Positions 39,441 to 49,035 of a DNA stretch of 64,000 bases are shown here, one piece after another. Source of the stretch: an uncultured Pseudomonadota bacterium (GTDB lineage Bacteria; Vulcanimicrobiota; Vulcanimicrobiia; Eremiobacterales; Eremiobacteraceae); NCBI GenBank assembly GCA_963736005.1, contig CAVTNB010000001.1:384001-448000 (forward strand), read 5' to 3'. Below the pieces are notes generated by a model. That model did not search any database, was not told where the DNA came from, and saw only the letters and a program-made list of their open reading frames with translations. The position numbers and the translations under genes were made by a program. Each line of letters starts with the position of its first letter. The stretch's first letter is position 1.

Positions 39441-40457
39441 ATGCCAGCGCAGCCTATCGGTCTGGCGGTGTTCGGCGCCGGGCGGATTGGCACGGTCCAC
39501 GCCCACAACGCGGCCAACCTGCCGGACGTCAAGCTCGTCGGCGTGGCTGATATCGATCGCACCGCGGCCCAGCGGTTGATCGATACAACCAACGCAGGGC
39601 GGGTCGATAGCACCGCCGCCTTTTTGACCGATCCGAGCGTTTCGGGCGTCGTCATCGCCACCCCAACCGCCTCGCATGCCGCGCTCATCGAGCAGGCCGC
39701 CGTTTCGGGCAAACACGTTTTGTGCGAGAAACCAATCTCACTTGACCTCGCCACCACCCAAGGCGCGATCGCCCGGGCCCAGCAGGCGTCAATTATCCTC
39801 CAGGTGGGGTTTCAGAGACGCTTCGATGCGCAATTTCAGCTTGCTCGGCGCAGTGTCGAGTCTGGGGAACTCGGCACCCCACGCTTTCTGCGCTTGGTAG
39901 GCCGCGATCATCGGATGCCTTCTCTCGACTATCTCCGCACGAGCGGCGGACAGTTCAAAGATCAAATGATTCACGAGTTCGATCTCGCTCGATGGCTCAT
40001 GGCTCCTGCATCCGTCATCCAGGTTTTCGCGGAGGGCTCAGCGGTTATCGAACCCGCGCTTGCCCAGTTCGGCGACGCCGATACCACCGTGGTCGTCTTG
40101 CGCTTTGACAGCGGTGCGTTAGGGATCATTGACGGCTCGCGAGAGGCGGTGTACGGGTACGATGTGCGTGGCGAAATTGTCGGATCGAAGGGCATGGTGC
40201 TCTTTGGGGACGAGCGTCTCACGAGCGGCAAGGTGCTCGATACGAGTGCAGCGACGGCAGAGGTGGAATCATTTGTCGAACGCTTCGAGGTTGCGTACCG
40301 AGCAGAACTCGCCGATTTCGTCGACGCTATTGCCGGCGCACGCGCCCCTCGGGTTGGCGGCAACGACGCATTGGAAGCGCTGCGACTCGCCGAAGCGGCG
40401 ACGCGCTCGTTTCAGGAGCATCGCCCTATCACGCTGTCAGAGACAACTGATGGCTAG
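39441..40457 (+). CDS. iolG: Inositol 2-dehydrogenase (Gfo/Idh/MocA)
   Basis: GAGRIG, CEKP, GFQRRFD, SGGQFKDQMIHEFD, YGYDVRGE. Confidence 0.85.
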   Translation: MPAQPIGLAVFGAGRIGTVHAHNAANLPDVKLVGVADIDRTAAQRLIDTTNAGRVDSTAAFLTDPSVSGVVIATPTASHAALIEQAAVSGKHVLCEKPISLDLATTQGAIARAQQASIILQVGFQRRFDAQFQLARRSVESGELGTPRFLRLVGRDHRMPSLDYLRTSGGQFKDQMIHEFDLARWLMAPASVIQVFAEGSAVIEPALAQFGDADTTVVVLRFDSGALGIIDGSREAVYGYDVRGEIVGSKGMVLFGDERLTSGKVLDTSAATAEVESFVERFEVAYRAELADFVDAIAGARAPRVGGNDALEALRLAEAATRSFQEHRPITLSETTDG

Positions 40458-40467
40458 TGGAGGGCGA

Positions 40468-41274
40468 ATGTCGCCGCTGTTGGTTCGCGGCGCCGATATA
40501 CCCGAGGGCGAGCTCGTTTCGATCGCTCCAAGCGGCCAAGCGTGGCGCTACATCCGGTTTCGCGCGACCAGACTGCGCACCGACGGCATTATCCGCGGCG
40601 AAACCGCGGGCAACGAAATGGCCCTCGTGGTTATTTCGGGCAGCGTGCATGTGGCTTCTCCCGAGGGATCGTGGAAAAATGTCGGTCAACGCGCCGATCC
40701 TTTCTCAGGCCCACCATCGGCCGTGTACCTGCCGTCGTCGACAAGCTATGAAATCGTCGCAGCCAGTCACGCGGAGATCGCCATCTGCGAGGCGCCGGGC
40801 CCGAAGCCTTATCCCGCTCGGAGGATCGAGCTGGCCAGCGATGCGGGCTACCTTCGTGGAGAAGGGCACGCGCAGCGGCGCATTTACAACATTCTCATGG
40901 ATGAGGATGGTGCCAATAGCCTCTTCTTGACCGAAGTGATAACGTTTCCAGGCAACTGGTCGAGCTATCCGCCGCACAAGCACGATACCGACAATCCTCC
41001 GGTCGAGTCTCAACTCGAAGAACTCTACTACTATCGCGCGCAACCACAGCAAGGCTTTGCTTTTCAACGCATTTACACTGAATCCGGCGATCTTGACGAA
41101 ACGATCACGGCACACAACACCGACGTTGTCCTCGTGCCTCGCGGTTACCATGTGTGTGCCGCCGCCGCCCAGTATTCGATCTATTATCTCAACGTGCTCG
41201 CCGGTCCAAGACACGTCTACCACATGACCTTCGATCCGGCGCATGCCTGGATTAAAGAAGGCTGGACGTGGTAG
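40468..41274 (+). CDS. iolB: 5-deoxy-glucuronate isomerase
   Basis: GNWSSYPPHKHD, LEELYYY, VPRGYH, YYLNVLAGP. Confidence 0.93.
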   Translation: MSPLLVRGADIPEGELVSIAPSGQAWRYIRFRATRLRTDGIIRGETAGNEMALVVISGSVHVASPEGSWKNVGQRADPFSGPPSAVYLPSSTSYEIVAASHAEIAICEAPGPKPYPARRIELASDAGYLRGEGHAQRRIYNILMDEDGANSLFLTEVITFPGNWSSYPPHKHDTDNPPVESQLEELYYYRAQPQQGFAFQRIYTESGDLDETITAHNTDVVLVPRGYHVCAAAAQYSIYYLNVLAGPRHVYHMTFDPAHAWIKEGWTW

Positions 41275-42155
41275 ACGAGATTGAAGTGGGCACGGCGGCG
41301 GTCAACTGGGGTTTCGATCCGCTCTACACATGGGTGACGACCCCAAGGTTTGACGACCTGCTCGATCAGATGGCAGCAGCAGGTTACGCGGGCACGGAAA
41401 TCGGCGACAATTTCCCACGCGACCTCGATACAGTGCGCGGTCAGCTAGATGCACACCGCCTGCGGGCCGCCGCTTCATTTCAAGCGGTGGACTTGCGGGA
41501 TCGCCAGACGCACGAACTGGTTGTGCGCGATGTCCTCAAGGTCGCCGACCGTTTGGCGGCACTCGGCTCAAACGTTCTCATTCTTTCGGATAAGCCGTCG
41601 GCCGCGCGTCTTGAAATTGCCGGCCGAGTCGCCGCAGATGGGAGCGACGGCTTGAGCGGAACGCAATGGCGCGTGCTGTGCGATGGACTCAATCGCGCCG
41701 GCGAGCGCCTCGCGAACCAGGCGATCCGCGCGGTCTTTCATCCTCATGTCGGCACGTTCGTGGAGACACGCTCGGAAATCGACCAGCTCTGCGAGCTCAC
41801 CGATCCGGCGTTCCTCGGCCTGTGTCCGGATACCGGGCACTTAGCGTATGCTGGCGTCGATCCCGAAGCCATCTTTCACGACTACGCTGCTCGCATTGGA
41901 TACGTTCATCTCAAGGACGTGGATCGCGTCAAGCTCGAGGCCGTACGGTCCCAAGGCATCGACTTCGTGGCGGCGGTGCGCATGGGACTTTTTGTGGAAC
42001 TCGGCACGGGGATCGTGCCGATCGAACGCATCGTGCGCCACCTGCGCGAAGCGCGCTACGCAGGCTGGATCATCGTGGAACAAGATGCGCCAAGCGACCC
42101 CAACACCGCGGCGCGACGCAATCGAGAATACCTGCGCCGAGAGTTTGGCTTATGA
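41268..42155 (+). CDS. iolE: Inosose dehydratase-like TIM barrel (IolE family)
   Basis: GYAGTEIG, FHPHVGT.VE, LCPDTGH, VHLKD, ELGTG, WIIVEQD. Confidence 0.75.
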   Translation: MVDEIEVGTAAVNWGFDPLYTWVTTPRFDDLLDQMAAAGYAGTEIGDNFPRDLDTVRGQLDAHRLRAAASFQAVDLRDRQTHELVVRDVLKVADRLAALGSNVLILSDKPSAARLEIAGRVAADGSDGLSGTQWRVLCDGLNRAGERLANQAIRAVFHPHVGTFVETRSEIDQLCELTDPAFLGLCPDTGHLAYAGVDPEAIFHDYAARIGYVHLKDVDRVKLEAVRSQGIDFVAAVRMGLFVELGTGIVPIERIVRHLREARYAGWIIVEQDAPSDPNTAARRNREYLRREFGL

Positions 42156-43009
42156 ACGTACGCGAGCTGCGGCGCACCGGCAACGAAATCCGCCGTCTGA
42201 CTCTGCAGGCTGTGCATCACGCGGGCGCAGGACACATCGGTGGGGTGTTTTCGGCAGCGGATATGCTTTCGGCGCTGTACTTTTCCGAACTTCGTATCGA
42301 TCCAACGAAACCACTCTGGCCGGATCGGGACCGATTCGTTCTCTCGAAGGGGCACGCCGCAATCGGGCTCTATGCCACCCTGGCGCTGCGCGGTTATTTC
42401 CCCATCAAGGAGCTCGCGACGTTTGACGCGATCAATTCGCGCCTGCAAGGCCATCCAGATATGACAAAATTGCCCGGACTCGACATGTCGACCGGCTCGC
42501 TTGGCCAGGGTCTCTCCCCCGGCGTCGGGATGGCGCTCGGCGCGCGTCTGCTCGGCAAGGATTTTCAAACGTGGGTGATGCTTGGGGATGGCGAAATTCA
42601 AGAGGGCCAAATTTGGGAAGCTGCATTTACGGCAGCTCGGTATCAACTGGAGAACCTTATCGCAATCTTAGACTGGAATCATTTGCAGCAGTTCGGATGG
42701 GCGACTGCAGAGGGGTACGGGAGCACGGCGCGGCTCGATCCGGTCGCTGCGCCGCAGGAAAAATGGCGCGCGTTCGGCTGGCGCGTCCTCGAGTGCGATG
42801 GCCATAACATTGAGGATTTTCTCCGCGCATGTCGCGGCGCGAGGGAGCCCGCAGGTCGTCCGTCGATCATCATCGCGCGCACAATAAAAGGAAAGGGCGT
42901 CTCGTTCATGGAGAATGAGTTCGCCTGGCACTCAAAGCCCTTCGGTGATGAGGAGTTCGCGCGAGCACTGGCTGAACTGCACGCTGCCGACGCAGCGGCA
43001 GCGGTTTAA
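42152..43009 (+). CDS. Transketolase, N-terminal (ThDP-binding) subunit
   Basis: GHIGG, DRFVLSKGHA, LQGHP, STGSLGQG, GDGEIQEGQIWEA; ATGA overlap with iolE. Confidence 0.92.
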   Translation: MNVRELRRTGNEIRRLTLQAVHHAGAGHIGGVFSAADMLSALYFSELRIDPTKPLWPDRDRFVLSKGHAAIGLYATLALRGYFPIKELATFDAINSRLQGHPDMTKLPGLDMSTGSLGQGLSPGVGMALGARLLGKDFQTWVMLGDGEIQEGQIWEAAFTAARYQLENLIAILDWNHLQQFGWATAEGYGSTARLDPVAAPQEKWRAFGWRVLECDGHNIEDFLRACRGAREPAGRPSIIIARTIKGKGVSFMENEFAWHSKPFGDEEFARALAELHAADAAAAV

Positions 43010-43012
43010 CCT

Positions 43013-43957
43013 ATGGCTATTTCAAAGGCGCTGGCGCAGCGCGACGTCTTCGGCGACACGATGATCGAGTTGTGTGCCAAAGACGAGCGGGTCGTCCTCC
43101 TTGACGGCGACCTCGCAAATTCGACGAAGTCGGATAAACTGGCCGCGGCGAATCCGAGTCGCTTCTTCATGATGGGCATCGCAGAGCAAAATCTCGCTGG
43201 GGTTGCCGCCGGGCTCGCGAGCGTTGGGCTCAAGCCCTGGATCGCATCCTTTGCCGCCTTCTTAGCAACGCGCGATCTCGACCAAATCCGAGTGGTCATC
43301 GCTCAACCGAAACTCAACGTTCGGCTTGCCGCGCATTATAGTGGCATCCTGACCGGATTCACAGGCAAGACGCATCAAGTCGTCAATGACATCGCGATCA
43401 TGCGCTCGCTGCCCAACATGGCGGTGGTCGCGCCGTGCGACGGTATCGAAGCGCGCGCGGCGATGCTGGTGCTCAACGAATACGTTGGCCCGGTCTACTT
43501 GCGGCTGACGCGCGATGCCATCGCAACCATCTTGCCGCAAGATTACACATTCGCACTTGGCCGAACATTGTTACTGCGGGAGGGCTCGGACATCGCTCTC
43601 ATTTCGACCGGTTCGCAAACGGTTCGCACGCTGGAAGCGGCGGGCGATCTTGCCTCGTTGGGGATTTCGGCGAGCGTGCTCCACGTTCCGACCATCAAGC
43701 CAATCGACGCCGACGCCATCGTTGCGGCGGCCTCGCACGTACCATGCGTGTTGACCTGCGAAGAGCACTCCATTCTCGGCGGCCTTGGTGGCGCCGTCGC
43801 CGAGATTCTCAGCGAGCGCCACCCCATGCCCGTGATCAGACTCGGATTGCGCGACGTCGATGGCGAAAGTGCCCCCAACGATCAGCTCATCAAAAAGTAT
43901 GGGTTGAGCTCAGCGCATGTCGTGCAAGCCGCGCTGGACCTCGTGCGCAAACCGTGA
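43013..43957 (+). CDS. Transketolase, C-terminal subunit
   Basis: GIAEQN, GKTHQ, GPVYLRL, TIKPID, EEHSILGGLG. Confidence 0.92.
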   Translation: MAISKALAQRDVFGDTMIELCAKDERVVLLDGDLANSTKSDKLAAANPSRFFMMGIAEQNLAGVAAGLASVGLKPWIASFAAFLATRDLDQIRVVIAQPKLNVRLAAHYSGILTGFTGKTHQVVNDIAIMRSLPNMAVVAPCDGIEARAAMLVLNEYVGPVYLRLTRDAIATILPQDYTFALGRTLLLREGSDIALISTGSQTVRTLEAAGDLASLGISASVLHVPTIKPIDADAIVAAASHVPCVLTCEEHSILGGLGGAVAEILSERHPMPVIRLGLRDVDGESAPNDQLIKKYGLSSAHVVQAALDLVRKP

Positions 43958-45024
43958 CGACCATTGCCGTCTTGCCCGGAGACGGTATCGGCCCCGAGGT
44001 GACGCGGGCTGCGGTGCAGGTCTTACGCTTCGTGCGCCCCGATCTCGAGTGCATCGAGGCTGACGTGGGCGCAGCCGCTCTGCGCGCTGGAAAAGCTCCG
44101 CTCCCGCAACAAACGCGCGATCTGTGCGCGCGAAGCGCCGCCATCTTATTCGGTGCAGTCGGGCTCCCCGAGTACGAGAATCTGCCACTGAGCAAGCGGC
44201 CGGAAAGCGCGCTCTTTACGCTGCGTCACGACTTCGAGCTTTTCGCAAACCTGCGCCCAGTTCGAGTCTTTCCTGGCCTGGAGACTGCGTCAAGCCTGCG
44301 CCCCGACCTCGTGACCGGTTTGGATCTAATCGTCGTTCGCGAGCTGACCAGCGGTATCTACTTCGGGCAACCCAAAGAGCGGCGCGTCGTCTCAGGAATC
44401 GAAGAAGCCGTCGATACGATGTATTACAGCGCTCCGCAGATCGAGCGCATCGCGCGCGTCGCATTCGCCCTGGCGCGAGGACGGCGTCAACACGTGACGT
44501 CGGTGGACAAACACAATATCTTGGAGACGTCCGGCCTGTGGCGAGAGGTCGTGACAAAAGTTGCGCGCGACTATGCGGACGTTTGCGTCGAGCATCTCCT
44601 GGTTGACAACGCGTCGATGCAGCTGATCCGCCGTCCGAAAGACTTCGACGTCATCCTCACCGAGAACATGTTCGGCGACATTCTGTCGGACGAAGCGGCG
44701 ATGCTAACGGGTTCTGTCGGAAATCTGCCGAGTGCCAGTCTTGGCACGAGAGCTTACGCCGATCGTCAATTCGGCATGTACGAGCCGATCAGCGGCACCG
44801 CGCCCGATATTGCCGGCAAGGGAATTGCTAACCCGACAGCGGCCATTCTTTCTGCGGCGATGCTCTTGCGGCACAGCCTCGCCGATCAGCTCGCAGCACT
44901 GCGAATCGAGACAGCCGTCGCGAAAGTTTTTCAACAAGGAGCGCGCACCGCCGAACTGGCGTCTCGCGGGGCAGCCTTCTACAACACGCAGGAATTTACG
45001 GAGCTGATCGTGTCGAAGCTCTGA
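43954..45024 (+). CDS. leuB: 3-isopropylmalate dehydrogenase family (beta-decarboxylating dehydrogenase)
   Basis: LPGDGIGPEV, RPESALF.LR...LFANLRP, RELTSGIYFG, ENMFGDILSDEA, EPISGTAPDIAG; GTG overlaps the transketolase TGA. Confidence 0.9.
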   Translation: MTTIAVLPGDGIGPEVTRAAVQVLRFVRPDLECIEADVGAAALRAGKAPLPQQTRDLCARSAAILFGAVGLPEYENLPLSKRPESALFTLRHDFELFANLRPVRVFPGLETASSLRPDLVTGLDLIVVRELTSGIYFGQPKERRVVSGIEEAVDTMYYSAPQIERIARVAFALARGRRQHVTSVDKHNILETSGLWREVVTKVARDYADVCVEHLLVDNASMQLIRRPKDFDVILTENMFGDILSDEAAMLTGSVGNLPSASLGTRAYADRQFGMYEPISGTAPDIAGKGIANPTAAILSAAMLLRHSLADQLAALRIETAVAKVFQQGARTAELASRGAAFYNTQEFTELIVSKL

Positions 45025-45049
45025 CGATCTCTGTCGACGAGTCTGGCGC

Positions 45050-45496
45050 CTAAAACACTTCCACCGGAAAGGCGCCGGCTCCAGAGAAAAGGCTCTTCAC
45101 CTGATCGACTTTGCCGCTTGCGTTATAGCCCGCGATACTTCGCCCCTCCGAGAGCGCCCGCGTGAAATCCTCAACGCGAGTATCTGGGATGTCGAGTTCG
45201 CTGAGCAACTCAGCCGTCGACGGCTCGTGGAAAGCCCCGACGCGAGGAATGTTTTGGGTCAGACCGGGAACCCCGGTTCCGCCGAACCCCGTGATGATGC
45301 CGCCCTGCGTCCCTATGGTGGCCGCTTCAGCATCTCCGGAGACGAATTGCGCACCACTGTTAATCAAGTCATCTGCAGGCGTTTCTGGCGTAATGACGCG
45401 CAGTCGCTCGATGTCGAGTCCACTGGATTTCAGGGCGCCTGTGAGTTTCGAAAGGCCATCATGGTCAGCGAAAATACCAACCACCACACTACCCAT
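45050..45496 (-). CDS. Hypothetical protein (general-stress-protein-like)
   Basis: AAGGA SD; VVVGIF...L...G N-terminus. Confidence 0.7.
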   Translation of the reverse strand: MGSVVVGIFADHDGLSKLTGALKSSGLDIERLRVITPETPADDLINSGAQFVSGDAEAATIGTQGGIITGFGGTGVPGLTQNIPRVGAFHEPSTAELLSELDIPDTRVEDFTRALSEGRSIAGYNASGKVDQVKSLFSGAGAFPVEVF

Positions 45497-45588
45497 GCTC
45501 GTGTCCTTTCTTTACGAAAGAGCCCGAAGCGATTCGCCGCAACCCCAGGCGCGGCCTAGCAGGGCGATTGTCCCGAAAAATACGAGCC

Positions 45589-46464
45589 TTACGTGTGCCA
45601 ATAGACGAGCACCGAACGCAAAATGCTCTCGAGACCGGTTTCCTTACGATCCGGTATCAAATTTGCATATCGCTCGGCACCGCTGCGCTGCGACACCCGA
45701 TACAAACCGGCGGCGAGCATCGGTGTCACCAGGCTCAGCACCCACACCGCAAACGCCCCTTTCGGCGCTTCGCAATCTTTGAGCGGGTGGAGTTCCGGGT
45801 ATCGCGTTGTGGCTGAGGAGATCACCAGCGCCGCGTCTTGGACCGCCTGCACCACGTCGTGGGGGTTTGTGGCACATGCAGCTCGCAGCTGTGTAAAGAT
45901 ACGTTCCCTATCGACTGCGGGAGCAAGCGATGAAGAGAATGCCTTGTCTGGCGGCGTTGGCGCTTCACCGAGGCTTTTGACCGGGAGCCGAGTCCAATCC
46001 AAGAACTCTGGCGTGATGATCCCTAGCCACCGCCGGCGCGGACCGGGTTTCTTATTCTCCCATGTCGTGCGAAAGTACATGATAAACGCGGTGGCAAGCA
46101 GTTGTCGGCATGCAACGTATGAGGTCGCAATCAGAAGCGGATAATCTCGCAGCACTGCTTTAGCCATGGCGTCGGCGAGTTTGCGCTCGCCGAAGGCTCC
46201 AATGCACGCTGGTTTGCGTTCCAGCCTGCGCAGCATGCCCTCGCCGACGACGAAGAATTTTGTGAAGCTCGCCTCGATATAGCTGCCGATCAAGACGGCC
46301 GGCACTTCTTGGACACCGGCAATTGCCAGATAGAAAGCAAGTTTATCCACCGGCACACCCGGCGGAAGACGCTTCTCCACCTCTAAGATGGCGCGAATTC
46401 GGTCTTCCATCGCATGCGGAATCTGGCAGTCGTAGGAGGGCGCGGGCGGGAGCCCAACGAGCAA
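45589..46464 (-). CDS. Hypothetical protein
   Basis: 291 aa ORF; no recognised motif. Confidence 0.6.
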   Translation of the reverse strand: MLVGLPPAPSYDCQIPHAMEDRIRAILEVEKRLPPGVPVDKLAFYLAIAGVQEVPAVLIGSYIEASFTKFFVVGEGMLRRLERKPACIGAFGERKLADAMAKAVLRDYPLLIATSYVACRQLLATAFIMYFRTTWENKKPGPRRRWLGIITPEFLDWTRLPVKSLGEAPTPPDKAFSSSLAPAVDRERIFTQLRAACATNPHDVVQAVQDAALVISSATTRYPELHPLKDCEAPKGAFAVWVLSLVTPMLAAGLYRVSQRSGAERYANLIPDRKETGLESILRSVLVYWHT

Positions 46465-46579
46465 TCCGGCGTTAACCAGCGACTCCCACTTGGCAAGGTC
46501 GAATGTGTAACCTCGCAGCGTAAGACGCTCGAAGAGCTGGAGGAGCGGAATAAATCCGCTCGAGCGTTCCGCCGCGTCG

Positions 46580-47878
46580 TTAGTCTTGATTGTAAGCAGT
46601 GTAGGTCATCGTCCCCGTGGTCATCGTTGTGTTCGCTTGACCGGCGTCGTAGAGTATTCCCGATCCAGACCCACCGTCGATGTCGACGTTAATGCCGCCG
46701 TCGAAGGCTCCCTGCACCGTGCCCGTTCCCCCGACCGAGATGGAACCGTTCGGCGCGAAGGCAGTTGCGACAGGCTCGATGCCGGCGCTTGGAGCCAGTG
46801 ACAGCGCGTCGGCCGCGCTGACTCCACAAGGATTGATCGCACCCGGATCGTTGCCCAAGGCAATGAGCAGCGTATTCGCGGGAAGAGTGACTGCATAGCC
46901 GCCCGTGCCGCTCGAGGAAACCACTCCGGTCACCACCATGACCCCTTGGTTCGCGTCTGTGTTCAAAACCGATCCAGTGCCGCTAATGCAGAGGTTGCCA
47001 TTAATGTAGACGTCGCTGCCCGAGGTAAAGGTGACTGTTCCCGATGTGATGTCAACGTCTCCGTTGACGTACATATTGCCGCTGTAGGTCGCCGTGCCGG
47101 CGCCCGAGATGGTCGCGCCGGTCACGGTCGTTCCAGCCTGTGCGATCAATCGTGCATTCTGCGCCGCTTGGGTCACCTGCGTCGGAGAAGGGAAATACAC
47201 AGGCGACGCACCTGAGGTATTGGTGGTTCCCGTGTTCAGGGCATCCGTCCCCACCGCTTGCGTGCTGCCCTGCACCGTGCTCGGGGCACTGCTCATCGTA
47301 ATATTGTTATTTGCCGCAATGTTCGCGTCATTTGTGTGAAGCGGATCCTGCTTGACCGGCTCGGGCGCTCGGTCGTTGATGTTTTGCGCAGCGTTCACCA
47401 CGCCGGATGGCATGGTGAGAGGCGGGGCAGGCTCGGCGATCGCTTCCACGTAGACTTTTCGGCTGCCGTTGTTTGTCGACTCACCGTAGATATAGGCGGT
47501 TCCCTGGGGCACCCACAACTGTTGCCCGTTCGCGTAGTCGGTGGCTAGCGCGGGAGCCGTCCCGTTCAGATTATTGTCGCCCATACACGAGCGGTAGTTC
47601 ATACCGTTGAGGCTGCCGGTGACGCACCCTACGGGTTCGTTCGGATTTTCCGCCAAACGGTTCAGCGCGAGATTTGCGGCTGCCTCGGCAGAGTTCATCA
47701 CTCCATACTTGACGCCGACTGCTTGCGCCTGATCCACCGCGTTGAAAGCGCCGGTGACGACTAAGATTGCGATGAGCAGCAGCAGCGCAATGAGGACGAA
47801 GACGAAGGCCATCGCAAATCCACGCTCTGCGCCCTTGGCTTGCAATGTTGCAATGACCCGAGGCTTAGTTGCGCGCAT
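46580..47878 (-). CDS. PilX-like minor pilin / pilus assembly protein
   Basis: ERG|FAMAFVFVLI class III signal without E5; AEAAA motif; Gly/Thr-rich beta-helix-like C-terminus. Confidence 0.75.
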   Translation of the reverse strand: MRATKPRVIATLQAKGAERGFAMAFVFVLIALLLLIAILVVTGAFNAVDQAQAVGVKYGVMNSAEAAANLALNRLAENPNEPVGCVTGSLNGMNYRSCMGDNNLNGTAPALATDYANGQQLWVPQGTAYIYGESTNNGSRKVYVEAIAEPAPPLTMPSGVVNAAQNINDRAPEPVKQDPLHTNDANIAANNNITMSSAPSTVQGSTQAVGTDALNTGTTNTSGASPVYFPSPTQVTQAAQNARLIAQAGTTVTGATISGAGTATYSGNMYVNGDVDITSGTVTFTSGSDVYINGNLCISGTGSVLNTDANQGVMVVTGVVSSSGTGGYAVTLPANTLLIALGNDPGAINPCGVSAADALSLAPSAGIEPVATAFAPNGSISVGGTGTVQGAFDGGINVDIDGGSGSGILYDAGQANTTMTTGTMTYTAYNQD

Positions 47879-48545
47879 AGGTGTCGCTCTCGAAATCCGT
47901 GAGCGTCCGATCGACGCCGCCGGTCGAGCCGGCGAGTAAATCGAACGTGATCGTGCTTTGGCTTGGATTATCACCCAAGCTCATGGACGCGATATAATTG
48001 GTGAGAACGGGCGGCGGCGAAATCAAGAGCGCCTTGATCACATCCGGCACGACGAGTGCGGCTGTCACGTTCTTCGGGACTCCGTTAATCGCGGTTATTG
48101 CCGCCGGTTCAAAAGCTCGCATCAGCTGAAACGACGTCCCGTTCGAGTTGGGCTCAAGCCAGTAGACGTCAAATCCTTGCCAAGCCGGGTAGCCTTTATT
48201 TGGATCTGTCGGGTTTGTGACGACGTGGAATTGGCCGGTTCCGTCATCCGCGGTCGCGACCACCAGCGCTTGGACACTGGTCGGCGAGCTCCCAGGAGCA
48301 CTGCAGATGACCACGGGCGTGATCGAGCAGCCCATCACGCCGCTCGTATCTCCTTGGCTGAAGTCCTTGCGAATCTCGTACAGCGCGACGGCGGCCATAT
48401 TGACCTCATCGACTTGCGACTGCACTTGCATCGGAGCCTTGAGCATCAACGGCAGGATCATGACCATGGAGGTCATGATGACCCCAAGGATCACGGCGAC
48501 GGTGAGCACCTCTGCAATTGAGAAACCGCGTTGCGTGCGCGTCAT
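47865..48545 (-). CDS. Prepilin-type N-methylation protein (PilW-like)
   Basis: QRG|FSIAEVL. Confidence 0.85.
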   Translation of the reverse strand: MTRTQRGFSIAEVLTVAVILGVIMTSMVMILPLMLKAPMQVQSQVDEVNMAAVALYEIRKDFSQGDTSGVMGCSITPVVICSAPGSSPTSVQALVVATADDGTGQFHVVTNPTDPNKGYPAWQGFDVYWLEPNSNGTSFQLMRAFEPAAITAINGVPKNVTAALVVPDVIKALLISPPPVLTNYIASMSLGDNPSQSTITFDLLAGSTGGVDRTLTDFESDTYARN

Positions 48546-48973
48546 GACACTTGTTGCGTCGCGAAGCTTTGGACGCTGTACGTGCGCAGAAACCCGTCCT
48601 CCACCCACTGCACGGTAACCGTACATTGCTGAAGCCTGGTATATGGAGCGACGTTGACGCAGGTCCCGTTGAGGCTGAAGTTACCCGGAGAGGCATTGGT
48701 CGCGCCGGAGCCCGTTACTGAAAGACCGCCGTCGATCGGGATGGTCGGCGCCGCCGGCAGCGAGCGTCCTTGCTCGATGGACGATCGGAGCGCGTCCATA
48801 TATTGCTGACCCGCACTGACGGCTTGCAGGTAGACGTTTGCGTGCCGTATTTCGTGGATTGAATATGGGAAAAGCCCGAAGAAGGTAGACAGCCCGATGC
48901 CAAAGATAGCTATCGAGATCAGCGCCTCGAGTAACGTGAATCCCCGACCATTCCCGCGGTTAGGTCTACCCAT
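48542..48973 (-). CDS. Prepilin-type N-methylation protein (PilV-like)
   Basis: RG|FTLLEALISIAI; C-terminal TVTVQW. Confidence 0.85.
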   Translation of the reverse strand: MGRPNRGNGRGFTLLEALISIAIFGIGLSTFFGLFPYSIHEIRHANVYLQAVSAGQQYMDALRSSIEQGRSLPAAPTIPIDGGLSVTGSGATNASPGNFSLNGTCVNVAPYTRLQQCTVTVQWVEDGFLRTYSVQSFATQQVS

Positions 48974-49035
48974 CCAGCTAGTGACCCCGACCTTGGTCCC
49001 CCAAATAGTCAATGCCCAAATCCCCGTGACTCTCG

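Noticed and set aside
41666..45024. Long ORF-track N-terminal extensions of transketolase (447 aa) and LeuB (529 aa) as fusions
   Set aside because: The extensions are off-frame overlaps with the upstream genes; real starts are 42152 and 43954
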